Shown here piece by piece: positions 1 to 15,469 of a DNA stretch of 64,000 nt. The notes beneath the pieces are model-generated. The model was not told where the DNA came from, did no database searches, and saw only the letters and a program-made list of their open reading frames with translations. Position numbers and translations under genes: made by a program. How positions within the stretch are numbered: the stretch's first letter is position 1; each line of letters starts with the position of its first letter. The stretch spans positions 1 to 64,000 of the forward strand of contig JAAOMT010000139.1 of the NCBI GenBank assembly GCA_016748015.1, given 5' to 3'. This stretch comes from Geosiphon pyriformis uo1. Taxonomy: Eukaryota; Fungi; Glomeromycota.

Positions 1-1452
1 CAATTCGCGTATATATCCTACTGCTAATCAAATCATAGCTTCTGATTAAAGCTCCATAATTTTACCAGCAGTTTTAGGTTGAGCACAAAACAATCAATCT
101 AATAATCCCACAAGTAAACAAAGAGCAGCTAACAGTGCTAGCCACAACTTGGTATACAGCAACAGCAACAACACCACCACTACAACCACCACCAACATTC
201 GTATATCCGCGTACACAACGTTTTTCACACCTATCGGTATTGCACGCCCGATAGATAACGTTTCTCCTTTCACCAAAACGTCTTCTTCGAACGTCACTCG
301 CTTTAAAGCGGAGCAACGTTATCGAATTAAGACCTTTTTTTGTTTGCCAGAGGTATGAAGGCGGTTATCCTGCACGAACGAACGCTCGAGCCAGGAGGAA
401 GTTATTCAGAATGCTGGATACGTCTCCAGCATTCTCATTTTTCCAAAACTCACCCCCATACTATACGCGGGGGGCGCACGGGTGATCGCAGGTGCAAAGG
501 TGGTCGTCTTATCACATATGTAGCCTTAACTTACTGCTTGTTTTAATTAAACAAAAACAGTTTACATAGTAATTTGACGTTTTTTTAATTTTCAAATTTT
601 GATCTCGCCGTTTCTCTCCTATTTTCCTTTTTTGCCTTAAACTGCGACATGTTCAAGTTTGTTATTGTAAATACCAACTATTAGCTTAATACCCTATATT
701 TGCTACACAACGCAAACTGGCCACCACATATCGTAAAATGGTATCATCAACATATCACCATCGTGGTTTATATCACATTCACGTGATTGATGATAACTCC
801 TTAGTCTCTGACCAATTTGCTCAATTTCCTGCGTTTAACTTAAAATCAGTTTTTTTTTAATTTTGTTTTACTTATTACAATAATAGCAATGTATTTTAAT
901 CTAATTATAAGCAATAATATTTCTAATTAAAATAATTACAATAATAACATATTTGTTTAAATAAATAACTAGGTTTTTTGTTATTGATCTTTTAAATATA
1001 AAAAAAGCAAATAAATATTTTTTTATTTCTTTATATTTAGTTTTTTTTATAAGCTATTTCTTTAACACACTCTTTTTTATAAAGTTAATTATAGTAAACA
1101 TTTTTACTACTAGTTTAATTAAAAGAAAAAATAATATGGAAATTTGTTTAAATACAAAAAAAAATTTAACTTATATTTTTAGTAAAAAAAAACAAAAAAA
1201 CTCATAAGATTAAATATTAAAATATTAATTATAAATTTTTTTGTTAATTTTTTAAATATAAAAATGGCTAAATTTGATAAAAATTCTAAATTTATATTTT
1301 AAAGTAATAAAATATATAGTTATAATATTATTATTATTAATAAAAAATTAGATATTAAAAACATAAAAAAACTTTAAATAAAAAAGACTAATTTTATTAA
1401 TAATATAAATACAAATATTTTTTAATATAATTTTTTATAAAAATTTATACTT

Positions 1453-1756
1453 TATTTTTTTTTATAAATAATAACTAAACACAACTTAAAACAATATATC
1501 AAATTAAGTAATCTAAACTAAATGTAAATTATGTGCTTTTTATATATAATAATTATTCAAATTAGTTAAAACAATATTATAATCCTATATTAATACTTAA
1601 AAAAAAAAAAAACCTTTATATTTAAAGCAAATACCAAAAACATTTATTTAAACCAAGTATTTTTACAATATTATTAGAAAACAAAAATAATAAACTAATA
1701 ATAACAGAAAACAAAAAGCTATTATAAAAAATAAAACTATTTTTTTTTAATAAAAC
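1453..1756 (-). mobile_element. Short 5'-truncated, heavily decayed LINE 3' end
   Basis: Poly(T) at ~1453-1463. 1475-1575 aligns to the LINE tail at 37181-37283 (ctaaacacaacttaaaacaatatatcaaa vs ccaaacacaacctaaaaccatacatcaaa). Probable TSD tttatactt/tctatattt. Confidence 0.7.
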
Positions 1757-1764
1757 TCTATATT

Positions 1765-2447
1765 TAATATAATAAAAAAAATAATCAAGAAAAAATTTAA
1801 CTTCAAAAAGCAAATTAAATTGGTATAAATTTAATATATAAGATTAATTTTATAAATATTTTAATTATTATTCTTTTTAAAAAATAACAAGAGAATTTAA
1901 AAGTAAAAAAATAGTTTATATTATTAATAAAAACTAATATATTAATATAATTTTATGTTTTATATTAATACTTTTAGAATTTAATATCAGATATTAATTA
2001 TATTTTTTAATAATTTTTATTTAATAATTTTTAAAACTAATAATCATAAGTAAATACTAATAAATAATTTTTTATCACAAAAATATTCAAATATTTAAAA
2101 GAATTTAAAAAAAAATAAGCAAATTAGAAAAAATTGGATATTTAAAAGTGATTTTTATTATTTTAATTCATATATGATTTGTATATTTAAACATATTTTT
2201 CTAAAACTAAAAGATATATTACTTATATAGCTATTTAAAATAATCAATAATCAGATTAATAATTATATTATTAATTATATTATTAATTAAGTCAATAATT
2301 AGGTTAATAATTAGATTAATAATCTGGTCAATAATCAAGTTAATAATCAAATTAATAATTATTTTCTAAAAATAAAGTAGTTAATTACATGATATTAATA
2401 ACTAATACATATAATAATTAATAAAAACTATGGTTTTAATCATAATA
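1765..2447 (-). repeat. 3' LTR of element A (left edge truncated or obscured)
   Basis: Colinear with ~21575-22210. Contains 12-bp tandem units of the ggtcaataatca type. Confidence 0.8.
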
Positions 2448-2949
2448 TTATTTTTTCTAAAAAGATTGAACTTTGACAAAATGAAATTATTTATAAAATA
2501 TTATAATTAAAAAGTTTTGTTTAACTAAAACTAACTAGTTTAATAAAAATTTTTTGTTAATATAATATATAAAATTTAAAGTAAAATAAATTTTGTATTC
2601 AAGAGACCAAATTTTTATATAAAAATTTTGGCTTTTTTAACAATAATTAAAACTTTTAAGATATCTAAATATATAATATTCAAATTTTTTGCTTATATTT
2701 TTAAAAATATTTTTTTTAAAAGCTTTATATCTTTTATAATTTTATTAAATTAACTATAGAGTTTTAATTGTTTTTTATATGACAAATTTTTGTTTATAGA
2801 CAAAATTTTTTTAATTGTTTTTTTAAGTGTATTAAAAAGATAATAATATTACTAAAGTTATATATTCAAGCATATATTTATTTAGTTTATTACTAATTTT
2901 TTTTTAATAATAATTTTTTTTAATTTAATTATAGTATATGTTTTATTGT

Positions 2950-5900
2950 TATTAATTATAATAGTCTGTTTTTCAATAATTAAAATAATATTTAAATAGT
3001 TTTAACCTAATATTTATGAAAAATATTAAAACTATTTTAAATGTTTTAATTCGTATTTTTCTATTATAATTACTTTAAAAAGTATTATTTTAATGTTAGT
3101 TTTTATTAGTAGTGTTGTTATTTTTCCATAAAACAAATAAAAAGACTTATAACTTGTTATATTATAATTTATAGTTCTGTAAATAAAAAAAGTTATGAAC
3201 AATATTTTGTTCTATAAATTTGTTTTTTTACTAGTTTTGGTTAAGATTTTATATAATATTTTATTGAAATATTTTACTAAGTTATTTGTTTAAAAGTAAT
3301 AAAAAAAAATTTTATAATATATTCTTATTTTTTTACAAAGTTCTTTAGTTAATATACTAAAAAAAGTTTTTTTTCTAATAAATAAGTTTTTTAAAACAGT
3401 TATAACAACAAATAATATCTTTATAAATAAAATTGACAATAAAAACTGTTATTTGATCTGGAATAATATTTGCTTTTATTTACTTTATAAGATAGTTAAT
3501 AGCTGTAATAATATATTTATTGTTATTAAAAGTTATTATTAAAAATTTAATAATATTTATATTAATTCTGTTAAATAGTTGGCCAACAGAAATTGAATAT
3601 ATTTTTTTTTTAATTAAGTTTTTTTTAACAAATATTTTTTTTTATATTAACATTTTATAAATAAGATCCAAATCCTATCTAGTATAATAGATTAAATTAA
3701 GTGATTTAAATTAGATACAAATTATGTATTTTCTATATGTGACTAGTCATTTAGGCCAATTAGAACAACACTATAAATCTATCTTAACAGAAATTACACA
3801 ATTAGTACTAAAAAAAAACTACAGAGTTTATAAAAATCAAAACTAATATTATGTATCTTTGTAATTCCAAGCAATTTAACAATATTAACAAAAAGCAAAG
3901 ACAAAAAACCACAGATATTAAAAATTACAGAATTATTATATGCAATCAAACTTTTTTTTTCCATAAATATCTTATATTTAGTTCTTACTAATTATATATT
4001 AATTTAATAAACTATCTTTAAGCTTTATACTAATTCAATAACTTTTTTGCTAATAGTTTTGCCACAGCCAAAAACAAAGACAGCTTCTAAATACTATTTT
4101 TTAAACTCAAAATTTTTATACAATACAGTATACATAGTATTATTAAATATATATACTAAAAGCAATTGTAAAATACAAAACAATAACAAATTTAAATCTA
4201 ATACAAAATTTTATTAGAAAAATATAAATCAATTAGGTTTTTGTAAACATTAGAGTCTATTATATATATAAAAAAATAATCAAAAAACTCAACTTCTTTA
4301 CAATATAAACACAATATACTGAAATATTTTTTATCATATAAGTATTTTTAAATAGCAACTGATAAACAATAATATAAAGTCTTTATAAAATATGAGTGTA
4401 AACTAGCCATATCTTTACTTATAAAACCAAATATTATATGCAAGTTAGAATGTCAAATTGATAGAATCCAAACCCAATTCATATCTTTAATTATGTCTTT
4501 ACAAATAATACTAAAACCAAATCCAACTTTTTAATAAATATAATGAACAGTTCTAAATATATTATAAATAAAATAATAAACATTCTTAAATACTATTATT
4601 CTACTAGTACTAATATATTTTTCTTTAACAAAAACAAAAAGTAATATATTTAAACATAAAACAAAATTAGCTAGCATGTTATATTTATTATCTATAATAT
4701 CTAAATGGTTTTTAATTTTAATTTATAAAATAATAAGCTTCTTATATTTAACAAAGTTTACAATACTATGTTTTTTAAGCCAATAGTAATTACAAAAGTT
4801 AGATAAAATTATATTCAATTCTATAATATATGCATTCAAAGTAGTCTGACTATCTAAATATATTTTAATACTACTGAAAACTAGAATATACTCTAAAACC
4901 AAGACAATTATCTGTAATTTTGCCATTGTAAAAGATACCAAACCACCAATTTTAACACTAATACTTAGATCTAAATCAACAAAAAATACAGTTGTACTAC
5001 ACTTTATTTCACATATACCCAAGTTCTTTAAAAATTTATTTGTGTAAATATTAATATTATTCAAACTAACACCAAAGAAATATTGTCTTACTATAGAAAA
5101 TTCATTAATACCAAAAATATTTAAAAGTTAGAAGACACTAATAGGTGGCTAAACAGCAGAATAAAGAATAAGATTAACTAAGTAATTATATGCTAACTTG
5201 AACCAAACAGAAACTAAGCCCTTATAATTAAGTCTTTTTTAATAATAAAAACTTTTTTAATCAAATATTGACTCTTTTTTATTATACAATTGTTTAATAA
5301 AAACAATACCAAATTTTTTAAATAAACAAAAATATTATAAAACATTAAATCTTTTAAAACAAAAAACATAGGAGTACCACCAGAAAAATAAAATACAGAA
5401 GAAAAATAATTAGTAAAGAAGACACTATAATCTAGAAAAAATTTTATCATATTAGCCAAAAAATTGTTAATCAAACTAATTTTCAATTTCATAAAGTATT
5501 ATAAAAAATAAATAGGAAATCAACTTAAAATCTGCAAATCTAAAAATTTATGATCAAAAAAATGACTGAAAACTCTATTAGTATTTAAAAAACTCAATAT
5601 AAAAGCCAATTTACTTTCTGCTTGCATTTACTTAAATAATTTTAAGCCATATAAAAATGAATAATAAAAAGTTTTATTGAAAAAATTCTTAGATAAACCA
5701 GTTTTTATCTTCAAATTTTTTCTAATCAATGTATTTTATTTGTTATATATACTTTTAGAGATAAAACTAAACTAAATTCTATAACTAACAATAAATTGAA
5801 GCACAGTCAAAATTAAATAAAAGAACTGCTTGTCCAAAATAGTTTTTTTCAAGACCATATTGGTAAAAAACCTGATATTTAAATAAGTTTTTTTTAAATT

Positions 5901-8800
5901 AGGTTTGAATAAATCTTTACAAAACAGAAAAATACTAAGATATCTATGAAACTCTCTATTCTATACTATAAATATTAGCAGATCACTAATCAATAATAAA
6001 GCATTCCTAATCTTTCAGTTAATAGGAATAGTTACTGTTTTTTCATTATTAATTAAAATATTATTGATATTAAAAAACTCACTTGTAATATTTAAAATAT
6101 ATTAAGTAATAATTTAATCACATTTTATCTAAATTATGTCATCACAAAAGCACTAGCTATCAGAAATAAAATTAATCTGTTCTGGTTTTCTATTCAGTCA
6201 GTTTTGGCTACAAACTTAGTATTAATATAATAATCATACAAACTTTTATGTTTTTTAATTTTATATAGGAAAGAATTATAGAAAATTCTCTAAAGCAGAG
6301 AAAAGAAAACCTTATTCTGATCCAGACTATTATGTACTTAGTACTTATTAGCCAACTCATAATTAGTCATAATCTAGTTAATCCTATTATTGTAAATATC
6401 TTTAAAAAACCTAATGAATCATTTACACATTTTAATCTAAACTAAACTATTTTTCAAATGATGTTAATCAACAGAATCATAGATTTTTTACATATTTTAT
6501 AAGACCAGCCAAAGTTTATAACTCTTTTTCAAAACATTTTCAATTACTGAATTAACTACAAAAATAGAAAACTAAATAATAATGCTCTTCAATACAGAAA
6601 AATTGTCATCATAAAAAACATTGAATCTACTATAAGCCAAGAAAATTCTATTAAAAAAAATCTTAGAAAAAATTTTACAAGCTGTTTTAATTAATATAAT
6701 TGGTTTAGTATTAATTAAATATATTTTTCCACTCATAAGATTTAAAAATTATTAACACCTAAGTTTTTTTTAAAAGTTAAGATACAAACTTATGTACCAA
6801 ATAAAAGTTCAAAAAATCTAAAAACATAACAAAAATATAACTATCACAATATTTTTATAGCTCATTTATAATATTAAACAAATTAACAGTCTTTTTATTA
6901 GACAAGTCTTTAATTATATATATTATATTATTATAATTAATAACATTTATAACATTGAAAAAAACAGTATTATCAATATAAGCCAATAGCAGATATTAAT
7001 AATACCATAGATTGAAAACACTATCCAATACCAATCTTTTTCTTGTTCAATCTTCTATAATTATATTAATTCTAGATTTAGTCTCAACAGAATTCAGAAC
7101 CAATTCATTATTAATAACCCAATAATTCAATATGATTTTCTAAAAAAAACACTTCAATATACTTTTGAGCAAATATTACAAGTTTTAATGTATTTAACAA
7201 TATTTTTTTTAAGATAAGTTAATAATAACAAACTAAAATTTTCTAAATTGTTTTTGTTTTTCCAAAGTGTCTAATTAATAGATTAATATGTATATTATAA
7301 ATTACAATTTTTCTTTTTTTAAATCTTATAATTTTTTAAAAACAATTAGAATTTTTTTTATTTCTTTTGTATAATTGTTTTTAATGAATCTAATAAAAAT
7401 TTGATTATTTATATAAATGTTTTTTTTGTTGTTAAGTATAATTTAATGAGTATTATTCTTTATCCAAAAATTTTATTAAGGTAGAATAGTTGTCCAAGTT
7501 TATTATTATGTTTAATTAAAACAATTATACTAATAATTAAGTTAATTTAGAAATAGTTGTGTTATCAATTAATAATAAATTTGAAAAAAACATTAATATT
7601 TTGATAATTAGCTCTTTTATAATATTGTATATTATAGTCAAATTTATCTAATTAGAATATCTAGTAAGTTAATCATTTATATTCTAATTTTTTTTTATTA
7701 TATAGCTAAATTAATGTTTAATAATTTGTTATTACTAAGAATTTGATATCAAAAAAATATTATTTTAGTAATTAATAGTCAAAACTACTATTAAATATTT
7801 TTATTTAATAATTGAGTAATTTTTTTTTGCTGAAAAAAGTATTTTATTGATATATGCTATTATATGTTTCTTATTATTATCATTTTTTTAAAAGAAATAA
7901 TACCAAGTATAAAGCCAGATATGTCAGTATAAAAAATAAAAGATTAGTTTAGATTAAATTATTTGAAAATGAGTTCAATAGTAAGTTTTTTTTTTAGAAT
8001 TTTAAAAGTTTTTTGTTAATATATATTCTAATAATAATTAATATTTTTTCTAAATAGTTAATTTAAATATGCAATAATTTTGGAAAAATTTTTGATAAAT
8101 TTCTGATAATAAGAGATTAAACCAAAAAAAAAGTATATTTCAGATATATTTATTGATTGTTTAAGATTTTGGACTTTTTTGTCTTGACAAAATCAAAAAA
8201 ATTTCTTTTTTTTATAATAAAATAACCAAAAAACTAAGTATATTATTATCTAAAAAATAATTTTATTGGATTAATTTTTAGGCCAATATTTCTTAAAAGA
8301 TTAAAAACTTTTTACAAATATTTAAAATATTTATTTTAAGTTTTTGAATATATTATTATGTTGTTTAAATAAATTAAAACAAAATCTTTATTAATTAATT
8401 CAAATATTTTATCTATTAATTAATTCAAATATTTTATCTATTAATTATTGAAAAATAAGAGAAGTATTTATTAATCCAAAAAATATAATTATAAATTTAT
8501 ATGTACTATACTTTGTAATAAAAACAGTTTTTTTATAATTCTTTAAATCTATTTTTACTTATCAAAATTTAATTATTAAAAAAAAGCAGCATTATAAAAC
8601 TTATCTAGTATTATATTAATTTTGAGAAGTAAATATATGTTTTTTTTAATAATATTTAATTAACAATAATCAATATAAAAGTGTAAAGTTTTTTTTTTTT
8701 GAAAACTATTATTATTAAAAAAATTTATTTACTTTTGGTTTTTTATATAAATCCAAGTTTTTTTATTTGTTTAATCTTTTTTTTAATAAACTTATTATTG
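2950..8800 (-). pseudogene. pol of element A: RT (~8100-8800), RNase H (~7570-7960), integrase (~7178-7560 plus 2950-3626)
   Basis: Minus strand gives KTVFITKYSTYKF..FGLINTS, YLNN (=YLDD, 8360-8371), FYTDISG, KYIKTCNIC (zinc finger), KYIITAINYLIK, TNNLVKYFNK (=TNGLVERFNK). Many stops. Confidence 0.85.
3637..7167 (-). mobile_element. 5'-truncated LINE (RT-RNaseH-CCHC part of ORF2), intermediate decay
   Basis: Poly(T) ~3635-3643. Tail gtgactagtcatttaggccaattagaacaaca then stop. ORF 4723-5064 (VFFVDLDL..MAKLQIIVLVLEY..YLDSQTTL) matches RNase H of the 30-37 kb LINE. TSD aacaaatatt 3627-3636 / agcaaatatt 7168-7177. Confidence 0.9.
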
Positions 8801-10920
8801 TGATAATTGAATTAATATGATTTTAAATAAATAAAATAAATTTTTTTGGTGGTAATAATATATTAATTTATATTAATTTGTCTAAAAATATTTTTTTTTT
8901 TAAGGATTACTGGACTGTTTTAATTAGTAAATTTTCAAGATTTTTTTTTTTGAAAAAAATTTTTTTGTTTTATTATTAATGATTATATCTTTGAGAATTT
9001 ATTTTTAAATAATTTTTGTACTTTTTTTATCTTTTTTAAAAGTATTAAGCAATGAATTTTTAATCTTTGTAATAGATTTGACAAAACATATATTTATTAC
9101 AAAAAAAATATAATAATTTATTATACTAGTATTATGTACAAAAACCATATTATTAATAGTTATATTTGGCTTTCTTGTCAGGTTTTTTGCTAAAAATTCT
9201 TTAAAGAATGTTATAATAAGATTAATAAATTATCTTATTATTAACTATAAATTTTTTTTGTTAATTTTAATATTGTTTAAGAATTTGCTATTGCTTAAAA
9301 AAATAATATAGATAAGTTTAATAGTCTTTTTTTATTTTTATTTTTATTATTTTTATTATTTTTTAATTTTTTTAATTTTTTTCTTGTTTTGGTTTTAATT
9401 TTGAAAAAATTATTCAATAATAATACTTAATTATAATAAGTTTTTTATCATATTTGATAGTTAATTTACAGAGTTTATAATCAAATAAAGCTTTAACTTT
9501 CTTAAATTATTTATTATTTACAATAATAATATATTTCTTAACCTTTAAAACTTTTATGTTAATTTTAATACAAATTCTATTAATTTGAACAAAAACAATT
9601 TTGGATATAACAAAATTTTTTTTTTATTATTATGTATATTAATTATTAGTCTGTTTGAAAGTTCATTAATTTTTTTTAATAACTTCTAAAAAGTATTTAG
9701 TAATAATACTAACAAAGAATTTACTGTTTAAAATCAGATTAATAAAATAATTAATCATTTGTATTTTATAAATTAATAAGATAAAATTGCTATTATTAAC
9801 AATTTCTGCTTAGTAAGAGTATTTATTAGTCTTTAAGGTCTTTTTTTTAAAATCAGGAATTTGTAAAAATCTTTTTTAAACTATAAGTAAGTTATTAATT
9901 AGCCAAAAATAATGTATATTAAAGTTTTATAAGATCTTTTATAATAAAATAAAATTTAGATTTTTGTATAATTTTTAAGAGTTTTAACTTAAAAAAATTT
10001 ATAAAAATTTTGCTTTTGAGAATTTATTGTTATTAGCCATAAATATTGATGTTTTGTTAAAATTTGAGATAAATTCAACTTTGGCTTTTTTTTTCTTGTA
10101 AAGATAGAAAAATTAATAACTAATTAATTTATATTATAATCATTATTAATTAAGTTAAAAGAATAAAAAAAGTTTTTTTCTGGTTGACTTGTACTTTTAC
10201 TCTTTGAAAGTGCATTTATTAATTTAAAAACTAATAAGCAGTGGCTTAAATTAAGAAATTTTTTTTAAAAAAATTCAGATTAATAAGATTTAGTCTTTAA
10301 TTTAAAATATTGTTATTATTAAATCTGTTATTTTAATTGTTATTGTTTCTAAGAATTAAAGAAAGCAAAAGAAAATTGTTGTAATCTTTTAAAAAGTGTT
10401 TGGTTAATTTATAGTAATAATACACAAGTGGATTATAATTTTATTGTCTTTAATTATAAGATGACTATTAAAATTGATTATAATAAAGTTTAAATTTAGG
10501 TTTTTAGAACTATTAATTTTTTTTACTGTTTAAGCTAAAAATTCCAACAATTAGACAAAATTAATAGTAAGTTTATCTATTAATTGTTTATTGAAGTTTT
10601 GTGTTTGGACAAAAAAAAATAGCAGTTATTTAAAAAGCAAAAACCAGAATAAAAGCAAAGGCAAAAACTAGAAATGTGTTTTTTAAATACATTTTTTGAT
10701 TGTCTTTTATTCTTTAAGTGGGTTTAATAGTCATATTTATTATAAAATTATCTTTTAAAGCCAAAAAAAACCAGAAAGTATAAGATAGATTAGTTCTCAA
10801 ATTTTTTGTTTTTTAGTTTAGTTTTTTTTAGTATTTATTTATTTAATTAGCTTTTATAGCTTTAATGTATTTAATTACAACTTTACCAAAGTTTTGTGTT
10901 TTTTTTATAGTTTTATATGC

Positions 10921-11890
10921 TGTTATTTAAGTAGAAAAATTAATTCAAAACTATTAAAAAAACTTGACTAATATATAATAATATAAAATAATACAAGATA
11001 ATATACAATAAAATAAAATAACACAAAATAACTAGTTATAATATAGGATAGCTATTTATAACATAAAAAAATAAAGCAATAATAGAAATAATAAGTAATA
11101 GCTAATAATAACAAGCTATTAAAAATAATTTTATAAAATTAAAAATATATATAAACACAAATAGTTTTAGTAAATAAAAAAACAAACAGAAAAACAAAAA
11201 TTACTTTTCTTTTAAATATTGTAAAAACATAGTCTAAAATTAACTTTATATATATTTTTGTAAATCAATCTAATAAAATATTTTTATTTTAAATTATTAG
11301 TATATAATTCCAATATTCTGATTATTAAAAATAAAATCAATTGTTTTTGTTATCTTTGTTTTAAGCCAGATGCTATTAATATAAAATAGTTTTGAAACTT
11401 TAATAACTTGGACTAATTGTTTTTAATTATAATAATTAACAGTATTAATTTCTCTTTTCTTTTTTTTTTATTCTTTTTATATTTTTTATTTTTTATTTTT
11501 TTTATTTTATTTTTTTATATAAAGTAACAATATTGAAAATTTATTGTCTAAAAATAGATTTTGTAATAGCCTAGTAAAAAAAGAAAGTTTTTTTTAAGTT
11601 TAAATATTAACTTTATTTTATTAGCTTACCAAAAAAGTAAAAAAACAATATTAAATTCTAATAATTGTATTTATTAGCTTAGAGAAAAATACAACAAAAA
11701 CAGCATAATTACAAAAACTAAAACTCTATAATAAAAAACTTAATAAGTATAACTTTAGATAAAAAAAACCTTCAAAAATTGATAACTAACTTAATTAAAA
11801 AAACTATTATATTAATACTTAATTAGTTTTTATTATTAAATTATAAACACCAAAAGATATGATTCTATTCTACCAAATTTATCTATAATA
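10921..11890 (+). repeat. 5' LTR of element B
   Basis: Direct repeat of 19647-20641. Confidence 0.92.
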
Positions 11891-14800
11891 TATAATGCTT
11901 TTTGTAAAGTTATAAAATCCACAAAGACAGAACAACTTGAAAATTTATAAAAAATAACAACTATTAAAATAATCAAAAAAGATTATTTGTCTTTTAGAAA
12001 AATATTATATTAATATTTTTAAAAAAACTTAGGAATCTCAAAAGAAATATTTACAGCTAAAAATAATTTTCTTTATTATGTATACACTAAAATTTACTAC
12101 TATTTAAGCAAAACAGCAAATATTGAAAAACTTGAAAAACAAATTTACCAAAATTTGCTGTTGTATTTAACTTTAACTATTAAAAAAAAATTATGAAAAC
12201 TTTTTTTTTTATTGACAAAAAAATTGAGAAATACATATAATATTAATATCTATAGCTTAAAAAAATTACAACACAAAAGCTTCTTCTAAAAAATTTGAGT
12301 TAAATACAGAAAACAATATTTAATAACAATCTATACAAAAAAAACTCTAACTTATAGTAAACAAAAAGTTAAGATTCTTTTTATCAACAATAATATCTTA
12401 TCATCAAACTTTAAAAAGCAGAATTTTATTAAATTAACTAAACAGTTTACAGCCAAAAACTCCAAAAACTCTTGAAAATCTTTATTTTTAAGACTTTAAT
12501 AGAAATTTTTAGACCAAATTATTAAAAAAATACAGAATACTGTTTGAAAATCTTACTTTTACAATAAATATTATTTATCAAAATATCTCTTTATAGAAAC
12601 ACAAACATTAAAACCACTAGCTGAATTAACAACTATTTTTTTTAAAAAAATATTACTATTTTAATTTATTATAATAATTAACAAAAGAAAACAATTAATC
12701 TTAAATTCAACAAAATAATTGAACATATTTCTGTTAATACCCTATTTATTAATAAATAAACAATTCTTTATTATTCTAATTATGGCTTACAAGATTGAAA
12801 AAATTCTCTGATAAAGAAAAAAATACATATATATAGATTATAATAGCCAAAAAAGTAAATATAATCAACAATTAAGATAAAACCAAAACAATTTAAGTTT
12901 TATTTTTTTTCTTAACTGAAACTACAAACTTATAATACCAAAGTCTTAATAAAAAGCCAATTGACTTTATCACTTTTAAATTTGTCTTTTTATAATATTT
13001 CTGTAACTTTAATATTCTAATTTAACTACAGAATTAATTTAGCATGATAAAACAAAAAAACTATAAAACAGTTACCACTTATCTTGACTGATTCAATTAA
13101 ATTCTTTGTCAAATTTAAACTATTAAATAAAACTATTATATATCTGGCCAAATTCTGAATCAGTTTATTAAAAAAATTAAAAAACTATATTTTTCAATCT
13201 GTTAAATCTTAATATTAATATTTATTTGTAATTTTGAATTAGTGAAATAAAAAATCAATCACACTCAAACTGTTAATTTAGCAATAAATAAAATCTCTAA
13301 TATCAACATAAAACTTATCTAATTAAATAAAAAATTAAAAAATTTTTTGTTAAAATTCCGAAATATACTAGTTTTTACAACACAAAAAAAAACAATAATA
13401 CTATAAAGTATCAACAATAATAATAATGTTAACAGCAACAACAATACTGAAAACAGGATTTATATAATTGTTATTATTATTAAAAATCTGATTATATTGC
13501 AAAAAATTGCTGTAAAAAACTATTAGATTAAAATTATAAAAACCAATATTAGCAATAATCTAAATATTTACAATTCATAAAATTCTAATACCTTTTTTAA
13601 TATTAATAATTACAATATTTACTTTAGCTATTCCAAAATTATTATCAATATTTATAAATATTATTATAAATATTATTCTAATATTAAGTTTTATAATATA
13701 ATAATTTAAAACTCCAAATTATTAATTATAATTAAAAATAATAAAATAACAATAGAAATTAAACTCAATTCTTTACAATACTATTTTAAATTATAAATTA
13801 TAACAACTTATTATTTCAAGTAATCCCACTAAAATATTTAAACTAAATTTTATATTTTGGTTTTATAAAATTTCAAATTTTGATAATATTATACTTTTAA
13901 AAAAAAAAGTTGTAATTAAAATTTCTAAATTTTTTTTTTTAATAATGATTAGATTATTTTTAATATAATTTTCTCAACTATAATTACTGAAAATAAAACT
14001 TTTACAGTCATATTTTTATTCAATATTAACACTTTGAACATCTTTAATCTTTTTAGTAAAACTGCTATTAATTAGAATAAATCATAATAACAATATATAT
14101 AAATATCAAAATAGGACAAATAAACATTAAATTGATACTCAATAGTAAATTAACTGGTAGCATAATTACAAAACAACTCATGAATTAATTAAGTTATTAA
14201 GTAAATTGTGTTGTTATTGCTAGAATAATTACTGCAAATAGAAGTATTAAAACATTAATCAAAAAAATTAAATATTTTTCTTTTAAAATTAATAGAATTA
14301 AAATCTTTATAAAAGTTTTTGTTATAAAAGCCACTTAGTATTAAGCTCTTATAAAAAATGATTGGCTAATTAAAGTCTATATTATACTTGATTAAAATAT
14401 ATAAAAACTTCAAAATATCTTTAACAGATAATATATTAGAGTACCAATTATATGTAAATATTTTAAAACAATAGTTCTAAAACAATTTCTAATATAATTT
14501 AAAAAAACTATTTTACAACTAATCTTAGAAACTTATTAAGTTTTTTAAGTTAATAATTTTAAAATAAAGCTACTACTATTACCTATATAAGAAAAATAAA
14601 ATAAAAAGAAAACCAATAAAAAGCTACCAACATTAATCTTAATTTATCTATTTTCAAATCAAAAAAATCAACTATATTGACTCTTAAAATTAATCTGTAT
14701 TAATTATGAAAAAAAATTATTCTTAATAAATATTTATATAAGAAATAATAAAATATGGCCAATTATTATTAGATATTATTACTGCTTTTATATATTAAAA

Positions 14801-15469
14801 CAATTTAAATAACCAAAAAAATAAGACAAATAGAACAACACATTATGTCTTGTATATAATAAAATTTTATCAAATAAAAAATTATGAAATAATATTTCCA
14901 ATAAAAAAAACATGTAATAAATTTTGTCAATATATTATTTTAATTAATAACTGAGCCCAAAAAAAACTTTATTTGCTCTTATTTACAATTAAGCAATAAA
15001 CCAATTAAATTTATATTTTTATAATAATAAAAAAATTTGAAAAAAATTATTATAAAATAAAAAAGTGTTATAATTAAAAAAATACATATCATAAAAAATA
15101 TTTCAATAATTATAGAAGAAATAAATAATTTGTTCATTGATAATCTTGAAGTAGTTTAAAACTAGTATTAAAAATTTGTCTTTATTTAAAAAAACCAAAA
15201 TAAAAACTAATCAATATTAATACAAAATTATGTAATTATTGCTTAATCTCTTGTTATTTTTAGTACTGTAATGAGTATAATTTTCTATTCAACTTATTAT
15301 TCTGAATACTTTATTTAATTACTAAAAAACCCCAAAAAAAGTATAATATAAACATAATAAATATTTAATTTCAAGAATTAAATAAGACTATTAAAATTGA
15401 ATAATAATTTGTCTATTTAGATCTTTTAAAAAAATTAAAATTAAAGTGATATAATAATAAAAATAAAAG

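Noticed and set aside
1-800. Short ORFs and CAA/ACC-rich tract
   Set aside because: Low complexity, stops in all + frames and no recognisable domain. Probably UTR or promoter of a gene outside the window.
2243-2358. CRISPR-like array
   Set aside because: Head-to-tail 12-bp units with no spacers, inside an LTR of a eukaryote.
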